Shown: positions 1-13,490, numbered from the stretch's first letter. The stretch: DNA of 64,000 nt from Camelus dromedarius (GCF_036321535.1 NC_087438.1:4094001-4158000), one strand, 5' to 3'. The notes: generated from the sequence alone by a model not told the origin. Numbers and translations are program-made.

Positions 1-756
1 TGCAGATGCTGCATTTGCAAGAGTTTCTGTTACTTTATAAACTATAATCCCACAAAGATGTTATGAGATCAAATAGTATCAAATTTATTTCATTTTAGGA
101 TCAAAACTCAAAACAGTATTTTAGACTACTTATCTCTGAGAGAGAGATAATTGGTGTCATTCCTGGTGTAACCACTGGTCTTTAGTAAAATGTGATTTGT
201 GAGGATGCTTCTACTTGTTCATGCTTTGTGGAAATGAGTACATAGATGCAGTTTCCAGTTGTCTTTGAATAAAACAGGAACTGCTTTGGGGAAATTAAAA
301 TAAAATATTTTTCCCAAGGGAGAAAGAGAAAAACCAACATTTTATAAGCAGCAATACTTTCATTATTTTCTCTGGGTGTTTTATTATATTACTGATAACA
401 AAAGATGTTGCTGAAATCCAAATAATGTTATTTTGTAGTACTTGCTGCTACACTTTTCCAAACATTTAATTTGAATGAAAGGAAATGCTAGAATTGCTAA
501 GAGAGGTGAGATCAGGAACCTTGCAATGTGCTAATTCCTGGACTGGTGGCTCAGCTCTCCTACATCCCAGGGACATGAGCCTCTTCATTGGAAGAGAGAA
601 TGTCGCCTGTCCAGGGTGCAAGGGAATAAGTCAGAATTGTGAAGGAGACAATACTACACAGTCCGTGATGAAATAAAGTAAATTATAGACACCATGATGA
701 TCAGGATTTGGGTACTCCTTGACCTTTACCTGAGTAATTTGATGTAAGGTAAAATT

Positions 757-1316
757 TTCATAGCAGCACTGTATATAATAACCAACCTAAATGTCCATGG
801 ACAGATGATTGGATAAAGAAGCTGTGGTATATTTATACAATGGAATACTACTCGGCCATAAAAAAGAATGAAATAATTCCATTTGCAGCAACATGGATGG
901 ACCTGGAGATCATCATTCTAAGTGAACTAAGCCAGAAATAGAAATAAAAATACCATATGATATCACTCATATGTGGCATCAAAAAAAAAAAAAAAAAGAA
1001 GTCACAAATGAGCTTATCTACAAAACAGAAACAGACTCACAGACATAAGAAGACAATCATGGTTACCAGGGGGAAAGGGGGTGGGAAGGGATAAATTAGG
1101 AGTTCAAGATTTGCAAATATTAACTTGTATACGTAAAATAGATAAACAGTAAGTTTATACTGTAGAGCACAGGGAACTATATTCAACATCTTGTAGTAAC
1201 CTATAATGAGAAAGGATATGAAAACAAATATATGTGTGTATATGTATGACTGAAGCATTATGCTGTACACCAGAAATAATTGATGCATTGTAAACTGACT
1301 ATACTTCAATAAAAAA
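757..1316 (+). mobile_element. LINE-1 3' fragment (end of ORF2 + 3'UTR + A tail), 5'-truncated
   Basis: L1 ORF2-end motifs AACCTAAATGTCC...GGATAAAGAAGCTGTGGTATAT...GCAGCAACATGGATGGACCTGGAG, internal A run, 3'UTR GAAACAGACTCACAGACATA...ACTTCAATAAAAAA; homologous to copies at 38 kb and 63.4 kb. Confidence 0.9.
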
Positions 1317-1633
1317 CTAATAATACTGAATTTCTTTAGAATATCTTTTTAATTTACTATTTCTACTTCCACAGTTTTATGTATCAACCTTTGTTAATAT
1401 TTTTCATATTTCAAAATTGTTATTTCCTATCCTGTCCCCCAGTAATAAATGTATTTCCTTCTTGATAAGTGAGAATTTGGGGTTTGACATGTGAAGAACT
1501 GACTGCCTTAATATAGAACTTGGAAACTAAAAGAAGAAAACCATAAGGAATACTCTAGAACTCCAATAGAGATATCTGAACTCTGATAGGTAGATAAGGG
1601 GTATTTCAGAGGAAGGAAAAAGGGTTATCAGAC

Positions 1634-1888
1634 TTTCTCTTTTTTTTCTTCCTTTTTCAGTTTTATTTGGTAGAATTATTACAGTTCAACTGCACATACA
1701 CATTACACTGCATGTAAATAGATATACACAGTATACTGCACTGTTTTTTAGTTTACGTATATGTACTGATCATTGCTTCTAAGAACATATTAGAGATTTA
1801 GCTTTTTAAATTTACACAGTTATCAAAGGAATAAAGCCAACTACAAAATAAGAATCAACAGAATGCAGTAATCCAATCATAAAGGACA
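1634..1888 (-). pseudogene. probable processed (retro)copy of an mRNA 3'-UTR end
   Basis: Minus strand reads as an AU-rich UTR-like sequence ending in AATAAA (1667-1662) then a degenerate A-rich tail (T-rich 1634-1657 on +); matches no TE I recognise; no TSD seen. Confidence 0.5.
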
Positions 1889-2234
1889 TGTCCAGGCCAA
1901 GCCGTGCTGCCCTTCCGTGCGGACACAGGAGTGGCTCAGGTGCAGGTGTGCTGGGGGACAGTGGAAGTTCTCTCTCCAAGGCTGGCTAGTTTGAGAAAAT
2001 CTCAGAATATTTCTGGGAATATTGAGACAAGCCCATTTATTTTATGCACATTTGAAACGAAGGACAGGTATTTCCAAATCTGTTGCAGTTATCTCAGGAA
2101 TACGGACCTTACTGAGAAAGTGATAATAGAAACAAAGAAAGAAACTGAGTCCTTTGCCGTCCGTGGAGCCCTGGCTGAGGTTGTTAATGGCGCCACTTGT
2201 CTCCTGGGCTGCTCACCTGCTCAGCTATTTAAGC

Positions 2235-2561
2235 CAGGGCCAGGAAAGCCTTTTCTACAAAGCTCCAGGGAATAAATACTTTGTGTGTCACATGGTATGC
2301 ATCACAGCTACTTAGTTCTTCTGCTGTGCTGGGAAAGCAGGCATAGAAAACATATAAAGGGATGCACTTCTCTGGGTCTCAATAAAACTTTATTGATGAA
2401 CACCAAAATTGGAATTTCAAATAATTTTCATGAATCACAAAATATTCTCCTTTTGATTTTTTTCAACCACCTAAAAATGTAAAACCCAGCCTTAGTTCCT
2501 GAGCTCACAAGACAAACCATAGGCCAGATTCATCCTGAGGACCATAGTTTGCTGACCCTTG
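2235..2561 (+). mobile_element. MER58B-like hAT-Charlie MITE
   Basis: Termini CAGGGGCAGGAAAGCCTTTTC... and ...CCATAGTTTGCTGACCCTTG plus internal AATAAAACTTTATT and GATTTTTTTCAACCACCTAAAAATGTAAAA resemble the MER58B consensus as recalled. Confidence 0.75.
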
Positions 2562-3468
2562 ATTTAAACCAATAAATTTATGTTTTTCCAATTTGAGGGG
2601 AAATCGTGTTTTCTATTATTTACAACCTAAAAGTTCTTCATAAATAATAAAGACTGCATGGAAAAAGGAACATATAAATAGAGTCTTTAAAGGCTAGAGA
2701 ATTGGATACAAAAAGTATGGGTGAAAAGAAATAACTTGAGAAAAAACTGGAAATAAGAAAATGTTTGGGTCAGAGGAGTATGCATTCTGGGCATATAAAT
2801 GCATGTATCCACTAAGACACACTAGAAGCATATAACCATATAATTTGGGAAATCTTTAAGTCCTGGAAATTCATAGTGTGCATCAATACAGTAAATACTC
2901 TGAGAAATCCTGGACTAAAGGAATAGCTTATTGACCTTTGCTTAACCCAGCGTTTCTCAAGTGTCTTTGCTCATGAAACAACCATTTTGTGGTCTGACTG
3001 TTGCATTACTTAGAACAACACTCTGAGAAGCCAACTTGAGTAACGTGCAGATATGTGATATGTTTCAGCAGGTCACACACGGCCATTGATGGTTCTCATT
3101 TAAATGGGAGAAATGACTGACCTAAAGCATCAGCAGAACAGAAACTGTGGGCACCCTGGCCAGACAGGAGGTAACTACAAAACTTCAGACAGAGGGCAAT
3201 GAAAGTCTGAACTAAAAACATCTCATTTGAGCCAGAAAGGAACATATCAAGATCAGATTTGAAGGACAAGGGGAGAGAGTGATCCAGGCAATGAGACGCT
3301 CAGCCTGGAGGACTGAGAATGGGAAGAGGAGCATATTTCAGGAGATTATTTTAGATTCAGCTGTACTGACTCAGAGGCAATTTACCAGGCATTCTGACGT
3401 TCCCGACTGGCTTTTGGAGGAAAACCATGAGGAATTCAACTATTAACAACCACAGATTCAACTATTAT

Positions 3469-4239
3469 TGTTATCAAACCTAACTTAGGTCCATTCACAG
3501 AAAGGCCAGTCTACTGACACCAGATCGTGGTAAAGGAAAATACAGCATTTATTTGCAGGGTGTCAAGCAAGGAGAACAGGCAGCTCATGCCCAAAAGACC
3601 AGAAGTCCCTGATGGCTTTCGGTGGGGGGAGGTTTAAAAGGCAACATTTGGGGTGAAGGTTGTAGCTTCCTGACTTTCTTCTGATAGATTGATGGTGAGG
3701 TAACCGGGTAACATTTTGGGACTCTTAATCATCAACCTTCCGGCTTCAACCAGTCTGAGGTTTACTTGTGGTCAGCATGTTGTCATCAGGGAGGCTGTGG
3801 GGGTGGGGGGGGGGTCTTAGTTTCTGCAGAACAACTAGAAGATATGCATTAGATTGTTATGTACAGCCCCTGAGTAGAAACTAGGACTCTGATTTATCAC
3901 TGAACTGGTGTTAAGCTGTCATTATTTTTCTTGCTTGATTGCTTTCCCTTTGTCTCTGCATTCCCTCACTTCCCTAATTAGTAACTGCTTGAGTCTGCTC
4001 TCTGGGACTCAGGGAAAGCCTAGGAGATTAAAGCCTTTTTCTACAAAAAGAAATGGTGAACACAGAGTGGCTTTTGTACCCAGGAGGACCCCATGGGGTC
4101 GTGCTCAGCTTCAATCCTCCCCTTTCTTTGATACTCCTCAATCTTGAGGGGAACAGATAAGAAAGGAAATAAACTTTTGGATAGAGAGGTTAATCATAAA
4201 CTCAGGAGGGGAACTCAGTTTTAGGGGGATTCCGTTTTT
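3469..4239 (-). mobile_element. ERV1-type LTR (solo), with about 126 bp 5' extension
   Basis: Minus strand ends ...TAACA at 3469; polyA signal near the 3' end; homologous in inverted orientation to LTR 8626-9261; candidate 4-bp TSD TTAT (3465-3468 / 4240-4243). Confidence 0.75.
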
Positions 4240-5009
4240 TTATCTGTCTAGAGATGATTGTGAAAACCACAAGATTACATGTGATCACTAGAAGAAGGTA
4301 GGAAAAAAGGTAAATGGGCTGCCAAGATAGGAAGGGCTTTGGGAATACACATCTCTAAGTGGGGGAAGGCAAACTTGGCCAAAGAAGGATGAGGAGAGAC
4401 ATGAAGACCATGGTTACCTGAGCCAAGAGGGACAGTCCAAGGAGAAGGCGGTCAACCACGTCAAAAGGGGAGGAGAAAGAACAAGGTGGACAAGGACCAA
4501 AAGAACGTCCTTCAGTGACTCCTGGAGAGGAATTCCATCAGGCTGGTGAGCATGGTGAGGGAGCACAGGGGGTGAGTGCGAGGAAGTAAATCTGGGAGTC
4601 TAGGGTCTGACTAATACTTTTATAAATTTAGCAATGAAATCAAGGACAGGAATTCCTGGACATTTGTGGGAAAAAGACATCGTGGGAAAAAGACATCAAG
4701 GGAAAACCTATTTAAGAAAAGGGGGATGGGAGAAGTAGATGAAGATAAAGTACTGACTAGAGGTAAAGAGAGAGAAGGGAGGGAGCTGGAGGACTGAGAA
4801 ATATCAGAGAGGGTTGGAGGGAAAAGAATGGAGGCACACCAGAATGATTGCCTTGACAGTAAGGAGAGAGAAAAGGGAGGAGTCAGATGGAGATGCTGAC
4901 CTGGGTGCTGCTGAAGGTCACATGGAATTGTTCTCCCCTCTTCATGAAATAGAGAGAAGAGGCATCCTGGGATATGGCATCGAGTAGCAGAGTGAAGTTA
5001 GCCACGTGG

Positions 5010-5135
5010 TGCATGGGAGAGGAAATAGACTCCGAGGTCAGACACACCTACCTTCAATTACTGATGCTACTACCATCCACCATGTAATCTTGAGCATGAC
5101 TCTCTATTTGCTCATCTGGTTAATGGGGAAAGTAA
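5010..5135 (+). mobile_element. MIR SINE relic
   Basis: Degenerate MIR core: ...TGTAATCTTGAGCATGACTCTCTATTTGCTCATCTGGTTAATGGGG. Confidence 0.45.
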
Positions 5136-6634
5136 CTCAAATAACAAAAATACATATCCCATGAGAGCTGAGAGATAACAAACACTAACACGTTTGCTAG
5201 AGAGTAAAAGTAAATATTGGTTTCTATCTCTCCACCCATCTTCATTTCTTTCCTTCTTTCCTTCTTCCTACATTCATTTGCTCCCCCTTCCTATCTTCTT
5301 CCTTCCTTCTTTTCTTCCTTCTTCCCTTGCACAGAAAGGAAGAGGTTTGCAATAACCACTGTTAGGAATCGTATAGTGACTTGGTGTTGTCCTTCATGAG
5401 TCTACCCCACATCATACCCTCCCAACGAAAGCCACATGGCTACTGAGATGTCCCACTTGCCTTTCCTTTATGTGTCCTATTTGTGTGTACACAGCCTTCC
5501 TGCCATTCAGCTTCATAAATAAAATTCCAGAATCTACAGGGTACAAGTATGCTTGACCATAAATCGCCACCACCTTGGTGCCTTGGGGAAGAATCCCAAT
5601 AAAATGTTCCAGACAAATTAAAACTTATTTCCCTTTAAAGACTTGCAGAAAAGTTTGATTAATGATAATAAATGGTTCATGCTAATATCTTATAACTACA
5701 TATGTCAATAAATCATTTTTATAGATCTTCTAAATCCCGTGTGCTGAAGTGGGAGTGGGTCTTTTTGAGGAGCTGTGGATAATTACCTGGAGCATCAATT
5801 TCTATTGAGATTACTTTTGCCAATTATTTATCAAATTTGTGTCCAAGACACACATAACAAGCTAATGAGTCCTCTCTGTCTTCCCTTTTCGCAAAGATAA
5901 TTGACTTAGAATCCAGCATGTAAGATATCTAAGCTCCACGTAAGTCTGCATGGAATTCTGGTACCTGCCTCAAACCCCCCACACGGCAGAAGAAGGCTCC
6001 CTGGGTGTGCTAAGGGTCACTGGCTCATTGGCATCATTCTACATGAGGAAAAGGTAAAATGCAAGTTTTTCAAATTTACTTAATTTCTACCACTTGCCAA
6101 GTCCTTCAGTATTTACTAGGGTCACCCTGAAGTCCTTCTCCACATTTATTAGGCAATGAATAAAGCAAGGAAATAAATTATTCTGTAAAATGCAGCCCAG
6201 CTTGGGATGCTATCAAGTCTTATTTCTGAAGGTGAAGATTTAGGAACATGTTTCTTTAACATTGTCAATTTTCTCAAGCTACACTTGCAGGGAATTGAGG
6301 ATACAGGCAGGACAGAATGTGACCCAGTCTGCAATGTGAGAGCCGGGCTGAACTCCCTCCAAGTCCTGGGTTTCTGCCTGGTCCCACACAGTGAGGACTT
6401 GGTGTTGGTCTACCAAAGTCTTGCATCTGTGTTTTGAAACCACTAGCCACACTTTCTATTTGTTTGCTGTACTGGGCAACATTCTTGGAATGACCTTGGA
6501 AACAAAGTCCAAGGACAGAGTCCCCTCAACATTCTCCTAGACAAGTCCCACCGACTTGTGCCCCAGACAGCATTGTAGATGAGACTCTCCATGCTGTCTG
6601 TGAGTGACCACATTACTACCACTGAGTTTACCTA

Positions 6635-6718
6635 TTTGATCAGATTCTGCATTTCTGATAAGCTCCCAGGTGATGGCTGTGCTGCTGAGCAGTGGACCAC
6701 AGATTGAGTAGCAAGGTT
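6635..6718. mobile_element. MER5-like hAT MITE fragment
   Basis: CTGCATTTCTGATAAGCTCCCAGGTGATG...GGACCACAGATTGAGTAGCAAG matches the MER5A-type end. Confidence 0.6.
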
Positions 6719-7715
6719 CCAGATGCTCCAATCTGCCTGTATAAAGTGAAATACGCATTCACAACAAAGGCCCTTGAATTGTGTTTCTAAGGGATGCCAA
6801 ATATGTTTCTATAAAATTTGACCTTCACACTGCAAATTTACCATCAAATAAGCCATCTATTTTTTCCCTTTTTTCTTTTTCTTCGATATCCTAGGACAGT
6901 GGTGCTCAATGTTAGCTGCATAAAAAGAGACTTTAAAAAATACAAATGGCTTAGTTGTATCCCTAGACGAATTAAACCAGATTATCTCGGGGTGGGGCGT
7001 AGGCTTTACCTGGGCAGAAGCCCCTTGGGTATCTTCCCCGTGAAGTTGAGGTTGTGCTCCGCAACTTTTAACCTCTGGCTCTGCATGGTAGGTATTGCTA
7101 CTTACTACACAGTCCACATGAGCTGTTAAAGCCAAAGTAACTTCCCAGTGTTAGTTACCAAAAACACCTAGTAACTGGTAAGCCTTTCTTTAAAATTCCA
7201 AATAGGCACTCTTTCCAAAAATTCTGCTCCCACTGAGAGTTGAACAAGGGAAGTTTGCCTCCCAACACCTAGTTTCACCACTATAGAGTTGGACAGAAAG
7301 AACTGAATTGAATTGCAACTTGTCGGCTTTTATCTTTATTTTAATCTTGTAATTCTCTACATCTTAACATTAGTTGCATATTCTCTCCTCTCCTCAGAAA
7401 AGAGGCACTTATTTTAAAAGAAGCTATGTTGGTAATAGGCTTGAGTTTATATGTCAAAGAGCTTCTCTAAATGGTCCCAGGAGAGATTTCAATAGATGAC
7501 TAAGTGTATTGATCCCTGCCATCTTCGTAAATCTAGCCAGGTTCCCATTAAAGTGAAATGCAACATAAATGAGAAAGCGATTAGAACAAAAGGATGAGTC
7601 ACCAATCAGCGGCCAGGGCCTTCAATTACCAGTGCCTTGGCAAAACAAGAGCAATATTTGCTTGTTTGGTGCTAAAGGAACAAGAGTATTCTGGGAGAAG
7701 TGGAGTGCTGATGGA

Positions 7716-8262
7716 CAGAGACCCCACAATTCCACTCCTAGGTACATACCCCAAAGACCTGAAAACCCCAGCAAGCACATGGACACACGTTTGTAACAGC
7801 ACTATCCACAGTAGCCAAGAGGTAGAAACAACCCGTATGCCCAGCAGTGGATGAATGAATAAACAAATTGTGGCCTATCCACACAATGGAGTGTTATTCA
7901 GCCTTAAAAAATAATTAAGTGCTAATACATTGTGCAACGTAGACAGACCTCAGAATCATTATGTTAACTGAAAGAAGTTAGAACCAAAAGCCATATTCTT
8001 ACTGTGTTTCCATTTATGAAATATCCAGAATAGGTAAATTCACAGAGATAAAATGCAGACTGGATGGTGCCAGGGGCAGGGAGAGGAGGAGGAAGGGGGG
8101 GCACCTCCTTAATAGAGAAAAGGTCTTACTTTGGACTGGTGGGAATGCTTTGGAACTAGATAGAGGTGATAGTTGCAAAATATCACGAATATACTAAGTG
8201 CCAGTGAGTTTTTCATTTTTAAATGATTAATTTTATTATGTGAATTATAATAGATTATTTTA
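7716..8262 (+). mobile_element. old LINE-1 (L1MB-like) 3' fragment
   Basis: GACCCCACAATTCCACTCCTAGGTACATACCC...GGATGAATGAATAAACAAATTGTGG...CCAGAATAGGTAAATTCACAGAGATA; ORF 7594..7854 gives DPTIPLLGTYPKDLK (L1 ORF2 C-terminus). Confidence 0.85.
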
Positions 8263-8289
8263 AATATGGAAAACATTTGTCATATCTGA

Positions 8290-8520
8290 TGATATTAAGA
8301 CTATGGAGAAAAATAAATCCTGACAGGCAGACAAGGAATGTTGGTGAAGGTGACATTTTTAAATCGGTGGTCAGAGAAAAGCATCTCTAAAAGCTGAGTT
8401 TGGGCAAACCCTAAGGGGTGAGGGGGTGAACCATATGAACATGTCTGAAAAGACCACTCCAGGCAGAAGTCCCCAAGGGAGCATCCCTGAGTGATGAACA
8501 GCAGTGCTGCCAGGCTGATT
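8290..8520 (-). mobile_element. L2 LINE relic
   Basis: Purine-rich GGTGGTCAGAGAAAAGCATCTCT...GAACCATATGAACATGTCTGAAAAGACCACTCCAGGCAGA is typical of antisense L2. Confidence 0.45.
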
Positions 8521-8625
8521 GGGTGGATATGCCTAGAATTTTGATTCTTAGAGACTCACAGGGACCTAGAAGGTTTTTTTCTGCTGGGAATGGAAGGAAG
8601 TCCAGAATGAACCACATAGAGGAAA

Positions 8626-9261
8626 TGAAAGCAAGCAGGACAGTGCAGGATCTTTCCAGAGACAGATCAACCCCACCTGTGTCTCCCACCTCTTGTTTGT
8701 AAAAAAAAAAAAAAAAAAAGTTTTAGCCTCCTAGGCCTTCCCCAAGTTCCAAAGAGCAAATTTAATCAGAGAAGAGGAAAAATGCAGAAACAAGAAAAGC
8801 AGTCAAGCAGGACAATATTATAATAGTTCAGCCATAAAACCAAGTCAGAGACATTTAGTTCCTCCTCAAGGGCTATAGGTAATATCCTGATCTGTATCCT
8901 TGAGTTATGTTGCAGATACTAAAATGCCCTCCAGGTGGAGGGAGTTAACGGCATGCTGACCACCAGCACAGACTCCAGGCCAGCTGGAGCCAGAAATTCA
9001 TCATTGAGATTCCCGAAATAGCTCTCTGTTATCTCACCACCAGCCAATCAGGGAACTGTGCAGGAGCTCATTGCGCACCCCTCAACCCTCTTTAAATACC
9101 CTTTGTTGAAAGCCACTGAGGAGTTCAGGTCTTTTGAGCATAAGCTGCCTGTTCTCTAAGCTTGGAGCCTTGGAATAAATGCTGCGCTTTCCTTCACCAC
9201 AACCTGGTAGACTGGCTTTGCTTTGTGTCAGGCAAGTGGGCCCAAGTTTCGTTGGGTAACA
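8626..9261 (+). mobile_element. ERV1-type solo LTR
   Basis: TG...CA termini (TGAAAGC...GGGTAACA), AATAAA at about 9174, perfect 4-bp TSD GAAA (8622-8625 / 9262-9265). Confidence 0.85.
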
Positions 9262-9664
9262 GAAATAGTGGGAAATTTTGAAATATGCCAAAATATAGGT
9301 AAAGGATTGAGTTTCAGTCTTGTTCTAAGTTGGATTCCAACACTTTACAGCTTGATTAAAATATATTTCTTGTTTTAATGAACTATAGAAACAGCATAAT
9401 TGGGCAATAGCATTTTAATACATGTTGTTAACTTAGCAAGTTTATTGGAAATCAATCTCTTCAGGCCAAAGGCCACAACCTGGGCCTTATGGACACCCCT
9501 TTGGGCAGTGACCAAAGGGAACCTCTGGGCACTGAGAGTCACACAGCAGATCCTGGAGCAGTGAATAAGTCCAGCCCTAAGGGTGGTGGCACAATGTTGC
9601 ATCTTAGGGATTTTGTTAATCAGGTTTCCCTAGAGGGGCCAGGAGTGGGTTTCCAAGGGAGAGG

Positions 9665-9790
9665 GGCATGGGATTTGGAGGCAGGAGACCTGAATTCAAC
9701 AACAGGGCACAGCCTCCATCACCTATGTGACCTTGGACAGGCAGTCACACCCCACTGGGCCCCCGACTCCTTATCTGTAAAATAAAACCA
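9665..9790 (+). mobile_element. MIR SINE relic
   Basis: GGAGGCAGGAGACCTGAATTC...TATGTGACCTTGGACAGG...CCTTATCTGTAAAAT. Confidence 0.65.
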
Positions 9791-12349
9791 TGTAAACCAC
9801 ACACACAGTAACTGAATGCTGAGCATCATTTTTCTCTCACCTGCTCCTACAAGCTTCCCCTTTCCTGCTCCTTGCTCGTGTCAGCCTCTCTCCACACTCA
9901 TCCCTCTCCATGTCTCCAATTCCTGTCCCTACCCTTCTGGCTTACTTCCCTCCCCTGTTCCTTTCCGGGAGCCCCCCTTTCCCCCACAGCTCACAGCACA
10001 CCTGCACAGCTGCCCCTCCTCTCCCACTGGTGCCACTCTTCCTTCCGTGAACCTCTCCTGTCATCACTCTGTGCCCCGCCTGCCAGCAGCTCTTTCAGAC
10101 CCAATGCTGGGTGGAGGCAGTTCTCCCACCTTTGCTCTCCTTTGCAGACTCAGAGTGGCAGGAAGCATTAGTGCCTGAGGAGCTGGAAAGGACCTAGAGC
10201 TGACCTGATTCAATCCCAGAAGATCCATGGAGGTGATGGAATTTATTTAGGGTACGGCTTTAAAAACTGAAAATTAATATTTTGTTTTCAAAAAAAACAA
10301 ATAAAAACTGATTAATGATAACTCACACTGTTAGCTGGATTTCAGTTTTGCTTTGTTTTAATTATTTGTCACTTTGCATGCTTCTCCCAGAGCAGAGTTT
10401 CCGAGACTGGTGAGATGATGGGCTGTCTAAGCTCTTTGCCCATTTAACTCAGATGCACAAGACACTTACTGTGGCTGATGTCCAGCACCTGGGGCTGCCC
10501 GTGAGCGACTCAGCCTGGGGAGGGTGGGCCAAAGCAGGAACCTGCTGGCCTGCCCAGATAGACTGTGCTGTGGCCCCAAATCCTAATCAGAGGCTCACGT
10601 ACTAAGGTTTGATTACACGGAGAGCACTCCAGTGAACCTCCTAGAAACTTGCCCTTCGTGACAATGTAACATCATAGAGATAAGTGCAGGAAGTTTCCCT
10701 ACCCAGGAAGACAGTCACACAGCCCACACCTGCGCAGAGTGTGCTGCGATGGGGGACGGCAAGGCTGTGGGCGCCCCTGAACTGAGCAGATTGCCTGGGC
10801 AGCTGGCAGATTCACCATTGTTACAGAAAACTCTTTGGGGCATCTCTGAGCTACAATGGATTGAGGTAAGGCATCACCCAGAGGTTTGGAAAAATAGATG
10901 TCAAATTTCAAACATTTGAAATGTACGATAGATACATTTGTTATCAAAAAAAGTAACTAAGAAATGTGCATCTCTTCCATTTTCAACCCTAGAACAGATC
11001 ACCCAAGTGGCTCATGGTCATTCTTATGCCCACTGAGATGCAACAGACCATACTTCCCCCGACTCTGAAATGAGGAGTCCTTTTTGTCCCTCAAGTGAGC
11101 AGAGGCAAGATGAAAACACGAAGGGCAGCCGCCGGTTGGCTCCAGGAGGTTTGTCTGGGGGCCATCGAGACAGCCGCTTTCAGCACCTAAGGCTGAATTT
11201 CCATTACGGGACCACGTCTGGAGTGATATATTAAGTGCTTCATTTAGTGTTTTCTCCATGCCCCAGAATGTGCTATCAATTTTAACACAGGCCATTGAAC
11301 CAAAACAAATCTCATTTTGAAAATTTTCCCATTGATGTAAAAATAAGTTATATATTATTACAAATACCATCATCACCATCATTAAATGGTTACTGGTGCC
11401 AGGTACACTGACCTCAGCATGATTTATATGTTTAATCCTCACAGAGGCTTAATAAGTTAGGGCCGATTAGTATCTCCAATGTACTGATGAGGAAGCAATT
11501 AAAGGTATTTAGAAAACCATAGATAAAGAGCAAAAACCATGATTAACAAGATTAAAAGGAATGTAGATTTGTACTCAGGTGTGATCTGCCCACGCTGGTT
11601 CTCTTTTTCCTAATAGTGCTAAAGCCAGGGAAATGATGGCTCACCTGCTCTGTTCCCATCTCCCTGCAGACTTCTCCTACCTTGACTGCCATGAAAACTC
11701 CTCCAGTGCTTCTCCATCTCCATCCGCTATGACTAACAGATCATGCCGGGGCCCTCTCAGCACCTGCTTATCAAGGCAAGACAGCCCTCAGCTGGGGAGT
11801 CAGCTGTTGGTATCCATGAACTGAACTTTGGGGCCTCTCACCTGATTAAATATCTCCCCTCTACTATAGTCAGGCCATGGGCTTTCCCTGCAGCCCACCC
11901 ATGGTCCACCTGCAGCCCATCTGAAGCCCACCTGCAGCCCTCAGTCCCCTTCCATGTCCAGCTCAGGGAGGACTTCTCTTTCTAAGAGCCGTATCTTCCT
12001 GCCCTCAGAGTCCCAGCTCTGGGCTTTCTCCCATGAAACTGTCCCTCTGTGAATAATCTTAAATCCCACTCCTAAAATACCAGTAGGTTAGGCCAAAAAT
12101 AGTTTATTTCTTCGTTGATTTTTATCGTTGGCCAGGTGTTCCCTTCGTATACAAAAACTTCCTGAATCCACAGCTTACATCTCATGTTTCTTTGCTGGGC
12201 ACAGAATTTGGATTTAATATGCAAAGAACTAACACTGGAGGAAATCCTTTCTAGGTCTTCTTGTAACCTTGCTGTAGCAGAAAATGTTTACAGGTTGCTG
12301 CCGAAAAGAATCTGTCTACCCTCGCCATTAAGTGCATGCTGAAATACAT

Positions 12350-13490
12350 CTAGCCATCGGGCCCGTCTTCCTCTGAACCTCAGTCTCTATGTGCAGCTGC
12401 CTAGTGAACACGCAAACTTAAAATGTCCCAGAACAAATGCCTGCGCTCCCCTTGGCCCACTCGTTCAACCTAAGCTGGTCTTCCTGCAGTTTTCCCCCAG
12501 TCAGTGGCTCTAATTCCCTGGTGCATTCACAAACCCTGCAGCTGTCTTTGACTTCTCTCCCTCCTCTCCCACCCTCCTCACCCACTCCAAGCCTTTCCTT
12601 TCGAACATATCGTGTGTCTGGTACGGCCCCTCCATCACTGGCGTCCTGGTCCAGCCCACACCCATTCCCATCTGCAGTGCTGCCTCAGTCTCGCACTTGG
12701 TTCCCCCCGTTTGTCGCTGACCCCTGAGTCCATTCTTCACACGGCCACTGTGTCACCCTTTACCGTGGAGTCAAATCCACTCACTCCCGGGGCTTCCTGC
12801 CTCCCTCCCAGGAAAAGCTACGGTCTTGTCTTGAGGACCAAATCCCTGCAGCACATGCCCCCACCTTCCCAACTTCCCCTTCATTTGCCCCCTGGCTCAC
12901 TCCATCCTCAAAAGTGACCAGCACCTCCTGTCACCTTCTGTGGCACTGCCCGGAGTGCTCTTCCCACACCCAAACCCATAGCTCATCCCTCCCCATCCTC
13001 TGGGTTTATCAGGAGCAACCCAGGACATGATCATCTCCACCTGCACTTCCTGCGCCTCCAACCCAGCCTTGCTCAGAGCACAACACACGTCCCCGCTCCA
13101 GACAGGCAACTTCGTGGGTACCTATGTGTCCCTCCACCCATGTCTCCGTGTCATCTGTACACATACATGTGCATGTACTATACTATGCACACCCATGTGT
13201 TATATGTAATTTATGTCACCTACACACACATGCATGTTCACTACACTACATACGCCTGCATGTTATGTGTGTGTGTCATCTATATGCATATACGTACATT
13301 CACTCTACAATACACACCGATACATGTATGTTATATGTTATATGTCCATGTTTTTTGGTTATTGCTCTTTTCCCTCCTTTAAAATGCAAGATCTATGAAG
13401 AAACTTCTTTTTTGTTTGGTTCACTGTTGTATTTTCAGTGCTTATGATAGATTCTGAGACATGGCAGACCCTCAGTCAATGTTTGAAGAA
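12350..13490 (+). mobile_element. fragmented L2 LINE relic interrupted by a (CA/TA/TG)-rich low-complexity tract
   Basis: L2-like CAAACTTAAAATGTCCCAGAAC..., GCTGTCTTTGACTTCTCTCCCTC and an L2 3' end TGCAAGATCTATGAAG...GTTCACTGTTGTATTTTCAGTGCTT...CAGTCAATGTTTG; low-complexity 13140-13350. Confidence 0.5.

Noticed and set aside
4660..4708. Short about 17 bp tandem triplication GACAT..GTGGGAAAAA
   Set aside because: Simple slippage duplication with no sign of function
13124..13447. His/Tyr/Cys-rich ORFs (also 39054..39524 and 50731..51072)
   Set aside because: Derived from (CA/TG/TA) low-complexity tracts
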